Shown here one piece after another: positions 1 through 17,500 of a DNA stretch of 64,000 bases. Both the position numbers and the translations under genes were made by a program. Under the pieces are notes generated by a model that saw nothing but the letters and a program-made list of their open reading frames with translations, did not search any database and was not told the DNA's origin. The DNA lies in contig OZ037766.1 in the NCBI GenBank assembly GCA_964035545.1, positions 31,796,773-31,860,772 on the forward strand, read 5' to 3'. The stretch is from Bugula neritina. Its lineage: Eukaryota > Animalia > Bryozoa. Position 1 is the first letter of the stretch. Every line of letters begins with the position of its first letter.

Positions 1-218
1 TCAAATACTATTAACTATAAATAATTGATTAGCAATTTAGTTTATGAATTATAAGGCAATCAGCAATAAATTTTAAGGACTTGATATTTTTCTAATGCAA
101 GAAAAAATAATTATGTTGTTTAACCTACTTTAGGCTTGTAACTAGTTCAAACAATGTGTTAGCTGACATATCGACTATTGCATGAAATACCCAGTTTGTT
201 TGATTGAATGTTTTATAC

Positions 219-1272
219 CTGGTGTAGAGAAGAGGAAATGTGAGATTGAAGCCAATGTTGTCTTCTGCAAGTCGTACAAAACTTGGAGCAAGATATTGGT
301 AGGCAAACTTCAGTACCATGGTTTTTCTATTGGGAAATTTTACTAAAATCTTTTCACCAACATCAAATATTCCTTCTAAAAATAGCAAAATATTGTGGAG
401 AAAATTTGTGTTTTTTTTTCAATCTATAATTTCTACAACTTTACAGAAACAAGTTAGAAATGTTCTCTAACTGCTTTATGATTGATACTAATCAACTACT
501 AAACCAGGTATATAGTTTAGAGTATTTCCTATTAACATTTGTCTACAATTACTGTTTAGGAGTCGTGTGTCCTATTTTCAGTATCAGTTGTAGACCAGCT
601 TCCAGCAATCATTGATTATGCAAAATTAGAAAACCAGGCAAAACTTTTTGCTCACAAATGAGAAGCAATTTCGTTGTCATTAAGGCATAGTTTGATCAAT
701 TTAGAACAAAAATGTTTAAAAAAGATGGCAAAAATTTAATTCATTCCCTAATTTCAAATCTTATTTTTATCACTTGAAAAAGAGTAGTTAGTTTTGAGAA
801 GTACTTCTTGATAGCAATGAGTATGATTTATCTCAAATTCAGACGTTCTAAGAAGACTTGCAATCTGACTGTCACTTTATTTAGATGTATGTGGACAAAA
901 GTTTTGAAATCTGATGATGAGAAGGCAATCCCTAATTTTTTTGTAAATAAAAAACACTTAAACCGCTTGCTCAAACAACTTAATGCACTCATTGTGTATG
1001 ATGTGTGAGCGTTTCTTTGCTACAAGATTTCTATAATACGAAAGAACTGTTTCTAAGTTGTGATGAGTTAATACTTGATCTTATGGTTATCTCCTCATTA
1101 GAAACAGAGTATCCTTTCGCATAAGAATAAACCTTGACTTTTACTGTCTTTGTCACTCCATTACCAAACAGGGAATCTCTGACAATATTGAATGAGTATC
1201 TATGTAATCTTCCTTTAAATTCTTTTTTATTAATCACTCTGAAGTGCTCTGCAACAAATATATATAGATATA

Positions 1273-1337
<65 letters not shown>

Positions 1338-1665
1338 AAATGAGTGTTTATAAAACGTTACTAGAGTGCTCATTCTTTATAAGCCACAGTTATCTTCCCT
1401 CAATAAGCGCTATGACTTTTTATCCATATGCAGACATAGTAGTAAATTTCTACTCAAGAATGCTGTAACATAGCCAATTAATTCCAATGCTACCTCTTTG
1501 TTATATTTTGATCTTCTAGCTTTAATCTGTGTATATTTACATATTACATTATTTATAGTTGTAAGCAATCATAGTGGCTAATTTATCTGACGAGTGCACA
1601 TCGTTCTTGTGTACGAAACTACTAGTAATAAATGCCATTATATTAATCAAATCTCATTTTACTTC

Positions 1666-1740
<75 letters not shown>

Positions 1741-3427
1741 ATAAAGTAAACTGAGAAACCTACCTACAGCAATAACTCTCACACTACATGTTGTGCATAT
1801 CATTTCCACTTTTTTGAGGAAGCTGCTCCCTTGACCCATTTGGAAACTAACAGTTTCAAACCCGTCAAAAGCTAAGTTGGTTGGTCGTTGCAAAAGAACT
1901 AAAAACCAAGTTTTGGTAATTAGTAATACAATGCCATCTGACCTGATATGTATAGCAAATAACTGACAAATTAGGTTGACAAAAGCTTTTTTATGTTGTA
2001 ATTAATAATTAGGTTTATTTTGAGTCTTCTTTGAAAGTAATGACGCTAGCCTTTTTGCTATATATTGTGTATGGTATATGGTATATAGCATATCGTGTAT
2101 AGTATATGGTATATGGTATATAGCATATAGTGTATAGTATATGGTATATAGTTGCTGAATATGGTTTTCCACTTACCATAGTAGATTGTTATCTTTGCTT
2201 TTCTTGAAAGTTTGTTTTGATGAGTTATTCCTTGAATATTTATTGAGTAGTTTCGGTTGGGAGACAAGTTCCATTCTCCGAAGGAGAACAAGGGTTGCCC
2301 TGGTAACAATCAAGAGTTGGTGAATCACATTGACAAACACAAAAGCACGCACACACAAACGCCACACACACACACACGCCCAATTAAGAAACTTACTAAC
2401 ACGTGTACTTTTACTACAAGGGGCATCACAGGTTATGTAATATCCTTTGAAAGGTCGTGTGCTGTTCCACACCACGTGACGATCAAATATTATTTTTAAG
2501 CCTGCAGGTTTAGCTACTGAATCTGTAAAGACACAAACAGCTGGTTATGCTTTTAAAGTGCATCAAAGGCAATTATTTTAATGATTTGTTTCAAAAGTAA
2601 AACTGTGTTATTATGTTCGCCTATCTGTTGCAGCTTATATAATACTTATGAGAAGGAAATTTCTTAAAAGGTATGCATATTAAAGTAGCAAGTAAAATTA
2701 CACAAAAGCTTTGCTAATAATTTGAAAAATTGAGGAAGTTATATTTTTACTTTTCAGTTTATTTTAATCTTTCCTTAATGTTATAACATGCTATAACATG
2801 TAATTTTGTATAAGATATTACTGAGCAATGTAATATAATTTTCAACATTACTAAAAACAGTATAATTATGTTGAAACATATAATCCTATATTATAAGCGC
2901 AATATAACATTATTTCATAATATAAAATTTGTAATACCACTTCTTTTAATTGCTGGCCAAAATAAAGTAAAATATAAAATGGCTATACTGTTAAATGTAT
3001 ATAAAGCTACATCTTAAAAATTAAAACTTCCACTTGACTTTATGAAACTTGTATAACTCTCACTTACCATCTAACTCATAATTTGCCTGTCTACCCACTC
3101 TAAGCAGAGCTCCCGTTGAGTTTTCATCTGTTAAACTGAAAGAAAATTATAGTGTGTTGATTCTAACAACTGTGTCTGATTGCTTTAATGGTTTATATAA
3201 CTAATCACAAAACTCGCTGCTCACCCCAGGCAGCAAAGTGTAACTAAATAAATTTGCATATCTTAAGCAGCATTCTGTTGAAAAGTGAATAAACTAACAC
3301 ATCATCAGTGAAGTAAAATAATATTCACATCAACTGCTTAGACCTGAGGCTATCAAACTTACCCCTCAACAAAGCAGCTGTAGAGTGAAAAACCCAGAAA
3401 CAAAACTGAAAGATGTTGACTCATCAT
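219..3427 (-). CDS. Receptor gene A (partial, continues off the left edge): signal peptide + FN3-like extracellular domains; paralog of gene B
   Basis: ATG at 3427 gives signal peptide MMSQHLSVLFLGFSLYSCFVEG. GT-AG exons at about 3363-3427, 3068-3135, ~2397-2523, ~2177-2300, ~1764-1897, ~1075-1248 and 219-375 align exon-for-exon with gene B (e.g. [38 protein letters not shown]). TM and tail exons are not in the window. Confidence 0.75.
1260..1626 (+). mobile_element. Probable non-autonomous Helitron in a gene A intron
   Basis: (TA)n start leading into AAAATGAGTGTTT; 3' imperfect hairpin GTGCACA...TGTGTAC followed within ~10 nt by CTAG|T (1622-1626). Confidence 0.4.
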
Positions 3428-3519
3428 ATGTACTACTAGTTAGTTTCTTTTGGTTATTTTATTTCTTTTTTTCCTGCAACAATGCTCAGCAACACACATT
3501 CCTGCAAAGAATTCCTTAA
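3035..3519. repeat. Near-identical duplicated block, copy 1 (5' flank, exon 1, intron 1, exon 2 of gene A)
   Basis: Matches 9937-10430 at offset 6902, with about a dozen mismatches in the first ~410 bp by eye. Confidence 0.95.
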
Positions 3520-3547
3520 TAGACAATATCGTAGTGAAAATTCTGGT

Positions 3548-3772
3548 GAGTGTTGTGTCTGTAGTATTGTGAGTGTTGTGTCTGTAGTATTGTGAGTGTT
3601 GTGTCTGTAGTATTGTGAGTGTTGTATCTGTAGTATTGTGAATGTTGTGTCTGTAGTATTGCTAGTGTTGTGTCTGTAGTATTGTGAGTGTTGTGTCTGT
3701 AGTATTGTGAATGTTGTGTCTGTAGTATTGCTAGTGTTTTGTCTGTAGTATTGTGAGTGTTGTGTCTGTAGT
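3548..3772. repeat. 23-bp minisatellite (GTGAGTGTTGTGTCTGTAGTATT)n, ~10 copies
   Basis: Direct periodicity just upstream of gene A. Confidence 0.9.
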
Positions 3773-4482
3773 AATGGGAATGTTGGGTAGTGTATAAACA
3801 TGAGTGAAGTGTAAAGCAGCTGAGATTATCATTTACTAAGTAAAAATAAAGTGCTAGACCTACGAGGGTGTCAATTAATCAGGCTAATTATGATGTAATT
3901 CCTGTAACATGATGATAATATGGTTTGAGTGCTTTTATTATGCTAGTATGATGACGTGCTGCTCCTTATAATATAGTCAGGATTCAAAGCCGTGATTTGT
4001 AGCATATAGGGGAGGGGAGGGGGTGTAGCATCATGTAAACCACCCCCCCCCTCTTCTCCTATAGTAATTTAGTCACAAGAGTCTGACTTCTTTCCTTATC
4101 CAACCATATTATATGTTGCAATGTTCTGATAGATATATGAAAATCAAGCATGACTGCATGAATACTTTTCTAATAGAGTTGGTAACTCCTAATATATCAA
4201 TATTTTTCAACTATAAACAAGAATTGTTAGGTCTTTTCTCTGATACTCAAATTTTCTTTCAGAGCAAAGTGCTTTTTAAATATATATATTTGAATAAAAT
4301 ATTCATTGTCACTAGATAAACTGAGTAAAATCTAGATTTATTTATGTTTAAGAGTTTCACATTCAAATAATATATGTTCATTGTCTTGATTTCCATTTTA
4401 AAAGAAGCCACATTCAAAAATAAAACTTTACAAGAGATTCAAAAGTTCGAAAGCAATAGTCTTTCTTGTTCCATCGCAAGCT

Positions 4483-10329
<5,847 letters not shown>

Positions 10330-11501
10330 ATGTACTACTAGTCAGTTTCCACTGATTAAATTATTTCCCTTGTTACTACAACAATGCTCAGCAACACACA
10401 TTCTTGCAATATATGCAAAGAATTCCTTAAACTGGTACATAAAGATGTGAAAATTGCTATGTAGTGCATTATACCTACTTAGCAAGTACAAACTATCTTG
10501 TGTCCATAGCAATAACTATTGGTTTAGGGAGAAGTCTTTAGAATAGAGAACTTAGCATGTGGTCAATAATTTTTTTACTAGACAAAGTTGAGGTTTTGAA
10601 GCAAATAAACTTTATTAAGATAAAAATCCAAATGAGTTTATTCTGAAAATAAGAACTAAGCTTTTTACTTTATAGCTTTTTGCAACATAAGAACTAAAAA
10701 TTACCTAAAACTTTATAGAGAAAAAGGTAGTTTAGAGCCATCATATAAAATAATTATGTCATAACATTGTTTATATAAACAATCATATAAGCAATGTTTC
10801 AACAAATTGCAAAATCATAAAATTCAACAAAATATAATTATAATAAAGATCGCTATGTTGAAGATTATTAATTATTGTATACCAAGTTGCTGGTAGAAAC
10901 AAACATTTTAATGTTAAGGACAAAATTTGAGGTAGCATTTATTAAAATTTAGTATAATGATATGCTTTCTTTAAAATATTATGTTATTATTGGTTATAAT
11001 TGAAATGGCCCAATTCGAGGTCAAAATTATATAAGAACCAGACTTTCTCTCATTTTACAATCTTGTAACATAACAGATTTTGAAGAGAATTTATAAGAGT
11101 TTCATCATATACAGTTACAGTGAGCAGCATTGTAGGTTTTTACACAAAACACATTATATGTTCTGTGAAGGTGAAACTGACATATTCTGAACATATGAAT
11201 TAAAATCATATAAAGACAAAAGGAAACACTGATTAAAAATAAACATATTATTTCAATTAGTTGAGTTTATTCAGAATTCCAGTTTTATCAAATGCTTTAC
11301 TTTGAGATAACAGAGTAAGAGAACCAGAAGGACTTGAGTTTTATACAAAAATACTATATATCGAGTTACATAATGCTTAAACAACTAAACTGCAGTTACA
11401 AGCCAATTCTATGATGTTTCAAATCAGAGAAGTTGAGAGAAAAATAGCTGAATAGTTATAGTACGAGTCAAGTCATCCCCAGCTCGACTCAAACTCCAAA
11501 A

Positions 11502-11570
11502 CATCAGTCAGAGTCGTACTCTAGCACGTCAGTTAGAGTCGTACTCTAGCACATCAGTCAGAGTCATACT
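11502..11570 (-). repeat. 25-bp triplication of the PANK4 stop-codon region
   Basis: TAYGACTCTRACTGAYG (YDSD/N-stop) present three times. Confidence 0.85.
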
Positions 11571-14500
11571 TGAAGACTACACTGAACATGTTTCCACCAC
11601 CGAGTCGACGAGCCAACCAGTGGTTCTTAATGAGAGCCACCTTGAGGGAGTCACAGAGGAAGTGGGTGGAGAGGTTAGTGTGGATACTCCGTCCCATACC
11701 CTCCAGAATCAGCAAGTCTGTCTCCAGCTCCACCAACTTTGAGCACAAATTTTCATCAACGAACCTACAATGTAGGTACAGCACAACACAGTGAGCCCGT
11801 GACCTGCTGTAACTTTAACATGAGCTACCACAGTTTCAACATCAATTACCACAGTTGAAACATCAACTACGACAACATTAACATCAACTACTACAGTTTA
11901 GACATCAGAAGCTACTAGAGTTGTTACAATAGTGTTAGGAGCTGCACCTTAGGTCGAGGCACGGAGATGCTTGCCCAGTTTCCATGACTAGTAAACCGCC
12001 ATCTTTTGTGGCCTGCGATATGATTGGACAGTCGGCTGCGATCCTTTTTATTAGAATATTCAGCTCAAGGAAAGTGATGTCATTGACAACGGGTTCAGAG
12101 TTAGCGCAGAGTACCACCTGAATATGTATAGTATGTATAGTATATAGTATACAGTATACAGTATATTCTATATATACAGTATACACATTATATACAGCAT
12201 ATACTGTATATAATGTGTATACTGTGTATACAGTATATACAGTATATTCTATCTATACAGTATACACATTATATATACAGTATATACAGTACACACTGTG
12301 TATACTGTATACACAGTAGACATACAATGTGCGTGCGAGGAACCTACTTTAGTTCCCTGTCGCAGAAATTCTCGGGCTAGTGGTATTATGCCAAGGACTA
12401 TGTCGGCCCCGCTATTATCACAGAATATGCCGACACATCTGTACGGAGGTCGTGAGGTCATCCTCTCCAGCCAGCGATCTAAATCATCATGTAGCCACGG
12501 TCTCTCTGTCAACAGGATATTACATCACAGGATATTATGTAACAGGATGTTACATCACGAGATATTACGTCACACGATATTACATTACAGGATATGACAT
12601 CACAGTATATTATGTCACATGATCTTACATCACATGATATTATGTCACAGGATGTTACATCACAGGATATTATGTCACAGGATATTACATCACATGATAT
12701 TACGTCACAGGATGTTACATCAGGGGATATTACCAAAGAGTAAAGCCTATTCTCAAATTTCACACTTTTTCTGAAAACAGCTGAAATACAAAATTCAATC
12801 ATAAAAATCAAATGACAACTGAAAAGTTGACAGCTGCTAATAGCTAGTCTGATTAGCAGTGGGCATTGACTAACCCACCCTGTAACTTGGAGAGGGCAAC
12901 ATCAAAACTCAGACTATCACTCTCTAGCATTTCCACCACAGCCTTCGCCCCCCAATCAAACAAGTTGCCGGCTAAGACCCCTTTAGCCAACGCCATCCAT
13001 CTGTCATATACACCAAGCTAAAAGAGAGAGAGAGCAGTCTACAGCAGTGTCAGAATGACAGTTGCTACTAGTAGTTATATAGTATGGCACATGACGGTAG
13101 CAAACGTGTTTCAGCTCACATTACTTGTAAATAATCATTACAAACTAAAAATTAGGCAAGTTTGTAATTCTATCCCAGTAACCTTACTTGATCTAGCTTC
13201 TGTATTCTAGAGCTGAATAAATGCAGGCTGTCTTCATTCTCTCGTTGCTTGTCCTAAAAGTATCGTATTTCCCACTAAAGTTATAAACAATGAGTAGTAT
13301 TGCTCAGTATCGACTATCTAATACTTGAGGAGAAAACACGCAGCGTGAGGAAAGGAGAAAAACTAAACATGTGAGAGCAGAGCAACTGGGAGTTGTCTAC
13401 ACAAAGGAGAAGTAAGACTTGGGGGGTTGACTGTACCTTGAGATATATATCTGTGAAGAGAGCGTTGTGTAGGCACTGTTCTCTCATGTCTAGTAAACTA
13501 CGTACAGTCAAAGACCCATAGGCTCTACAACAGCATGGTATATATCAATATGAGGATACAACTAAATGCAATATTAGAGTGTAATAATATAAACATCACT
13601 TTTGTCATATTATTTCATGCTGAGTTGGTAGACAGAGTAGATATTATAGTGAGATATTCTATACTCACTTAGGGTTGGTAGACAAAGTAAATACTATAAT
13701 GAGGTATTCTATACTCACGTAGGGTTGGTAGACAGAGTAGATATCATAGTGAGATACTCCATACTCACGTAGGGTTGGTAGAAAGATTAGATATTATAGT
13801 GAGGTATTTTATACTCACGTAGAGTTGGTAGACAGATTAGATACTATAGTGAGATACTCCATACTCACGTAGGGTTGGTAGACAGATTAGATATTATAGT
13901 GAGATATTCTATACTCACGTAGGGTTGGTAGACAGATTAGATATTATAGTGAGATATTCGTTGGAGAATGACCTTGCCCTTTCAGTCACATTCTTAATAT
14001 TTTTTTGACTTTCAGCAGCACGTTCAGTAAACTATAAACATGAAATATATTTATAATATACTGAACTATTGAACAACAGAACTATTGAACTGCTGAACTA
14101 TTGAACTATTGAACTACTGAACTATTGAACTGCTGAACTATTGAACTGCTGAACTATTGAACTACTGAACTATTGAACTATTGAACTGCTGAACTATTGA
14201 ACTATTGAACTGCTGAACTATTGAACTACTGAACTATTGAACTGCTGAACTATTGAACTATTGAACTACTGAACTATTGAACTGCTGAACTATTGAACTA
14301 TTGAACTACTGAACTATTGAACTGCTGAACTATTGAACTACTGAACTATTGAACTGCTGAACTATTGAACTGCTGAACTATTGAACTACTGAACTATTGA
14401 ACTATTGAACTATTGGAATTTATGTTTTTGCTTCAGAAGAATTAGTATATTAATAGTAATAATTTCAATTTATTTCTTCCAAAGATAAATGTGGCCTGGG

Positions 14501-17500
14501 AACCACATTAGGATACCTTAGGAAGAGACTCCTGGAAACAGTTCAACCAATACTTTCTAGCCTCAGCATCCTGAGTCAAATCTACTTCATCAGGAAGATA
14601 GAGAGCAGGTTTAGTTAGCAGAGGAAATGTTATAAGAGGAGACGTGTGCCGACTTATCTGGAACGCCTCAAACTAAAACACATTACACATAAGATAGTTA
14701 TCAGTCTAAGAAAGCCTCAAAATTAAATAAAATAAAAACAAAACTAAATTGAAAAGTAGACAAACTAAGAACTTAAACCGTTTAAAAATGCTGCCGATAA
14801 ATCAGAAAAAGAAATAAAACTTTCATGAGCTGACAGGATTGTGCAGCTGAAAGCAGAATGCAGAACGTTTACTACTCACCATGTTTGTGGACTGCTGTCG
14901 GGGGCTGGTGAGGCCAGAGCTGCCGAGGTAACTCTCCCCCCAGGAGTACTGGTCAATATCGTCCTCGTCAGCACCCTTCAGGTACGCACCGATAGCTCCA
15001 AGGTAGCCTTCATGGCGCAGAAACAGCGCCTGGATGCGACCCTGAAAGACACACACAGTCGCTGCTTGGAAGGAAAACACCATATAATGGAGAGTGTGGA
15101 ATATACTACACAAGAGTTGATGGTACAGTGGATTGAATATACTACACAAGAGTTAATTGGTACAATGGATTGAATATACTACACAGGATGCTATGGTGGA
15201 TTGAATATACTACACAGGATGCTACAGTGGATTGAATATACTACACAGGATGCTACAATGGATTGAATATACTACACAGGATGCTACAGTGGATTGAATA
15301 TACTACACAGGATGCTACAGTGGATTGAATATACTACACAGGATGCTACAGTGGATTGAATATACTACACAGGATGCTACAGTGGATTGAATATACTACA
15401 CAGGATGCTACAGTGGATTGAACATATACTTTATTGCCAGGATTTGGTCAAGTACAGCCAGTACCAACAGAGTACTTGATGGTTAGTTAAAAGGTCATGT
15501 GACTGACCTGTGACAGTCATGTGACCGACCTGTGACAGTCATGTGACCGACCTGTGACCAATAGTTGATGGCATGTGAAATAGGGTGCATAGTATGAGGA
15601 TGACCACGTATAAAGAAGCCACCAAAGTAGATCTTGTCAATGTTGTGGAGTCTAGCGGAGAGGCATGCTATCTGCCCGATGTCGTTACATATGAAGTATA
15701 GGAGACTCTGGGCTACGTCAGAGGCACTGTATTCCTGGCCTGTGAACCAATGATACAGTATTCTAGATATGCAGGTGTTGAAGGAACAAATGCTAGGTCT
15801 CGTGACACAAAAGAATTCTATGTTTTATCTTGTTTAACTGGAAATATAATGGAATCCAGGTAAAAATAATGTATAGACTACAGAGCATACCTCTTACATC
15901 ATCTATCAGGCGACCTGTTCATAGCTCAATAATAGGTATAAATGTTCAGGCTGTAGCCTAACTGAGCATAACAAAGGTATGGTTGAGCAGCAAAGTGGTA
16001 ATGTATGTTGAGTGTTAATACTCGTGATCAAACAATCATTTGAGTTAATCCGGTGATCTGAGTGAGACAGTAAAACAGGGTGCAAGAAATATGGGTAACA
16101 TTAGAGGAAATGGTTTAGGATTGATCAGTGATAAAATTAGTAGTAAAGAGAGGCAAAGATGAAAAACTGAAGTGAAGTTAGGTTTCTTTGTGACCAACAT
16201 ACATGTAAACAGTTGTATCACTCTTACAGGTTGAAATAGTTTCGACAACTTGCACAGATAGACTCTACGAGTGATTATTGTAATGAAATAGTTGATCTGA
16301 AATGGTTATGAATGAAAATCGAAAATATCTGCTGCATTATCAGTAAAAACACTTCCGTAAATATCCAATCAGAAGTCAAAATAGATATGTCTCCTTTACA
16401 CGAGCATTGAGTATTAATAAATCACCCACATACAACATCACCTGACGCCAAAGTTTGATGATCTAAAGTAAAAGTAAAAAACTTCCATCACAAAAAGTGA
16501 GTTTAGTGTAGCACAACTTAGGCAAGATGAGTGGCCAACAGCAATTGGCAGTTTATTTAGAGATAAGTGATGTGATGACATCATGTGAGAGAGTGTAGAG
16601 TATTGAATATTAATCAGCAGACGTCTGCAACTACTTACTCTATCTAAGGAGAAGAGTGGAAACAGCTATTACTCACTAACTTGCAATAAAATTACCAAGA
16701 AAATATGATGGTATATTCAACTGACTTAAACTATAATAGATGCGTTTATTACCCATGACTCTAGTAACTTTCCCAAAGCTACTTGCGAGCAAATCTCCAG
16801 GTAGACCAAGTGTATCTACACCCCCACCTCCGTATATATCCTGTACTAGTAAGTCTACCTGCAAGTATATATCCTGTACTAGTATATCTACCTGTAAGTA
16901 TATACCCTGTACTAGTATATCTACCTGTAAGTATATATCCTGTACTAGTATATCTACCTGTAAGTATATATCCTGTACTAGTATATCTACCTGTAAGTAT
17001 ATATCCTGTACTAGTATATCTACCTGTAAGTATATATCCTGTACTAATATATCTACCTGTAAGTATATATCCTGTACAAGTATATCTACCTGTAAGTATA
17101 TATCCTGTACTAGTACATCTACCTGTAAGTATATATCCTGTACTAGTATATCTACCTGTAAGTATATATCCTGTACTAGTATATCTACCTGTAAGTATAT
17201 ATCCTGTACTAGTATATCTACCTGTAAGTATATACCCTGTACTAGTATATCTACCTGTAAGTATATATCCTGTACTAGTATATCTACCTGTAAGTATATA
17301 TCCTGTACTAGTATATCTACCTGTAAGTATATATCCTGTACTAGTATATCTACCTGTAAGTATATATCCTGTACAAGTAAGTCTACCTGTAAGTATATAT
17401 CCTGTACTAGTATATCTACCTTCAAGTCACCAGAGATAAAAACAAAAGTATTTAACAAGCGTTCAGATTGTTGTAAACTTAGACCAGAGTATAGAAAAGG

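Noticed and set aside
3548-3772. Plus-strand splice-site array (GTGAGT...TGTAG) implying a hidden plus-strand gene
   Set aside because: No plus-strand exon or ORF is supportable nearby; kept only as a repeat.
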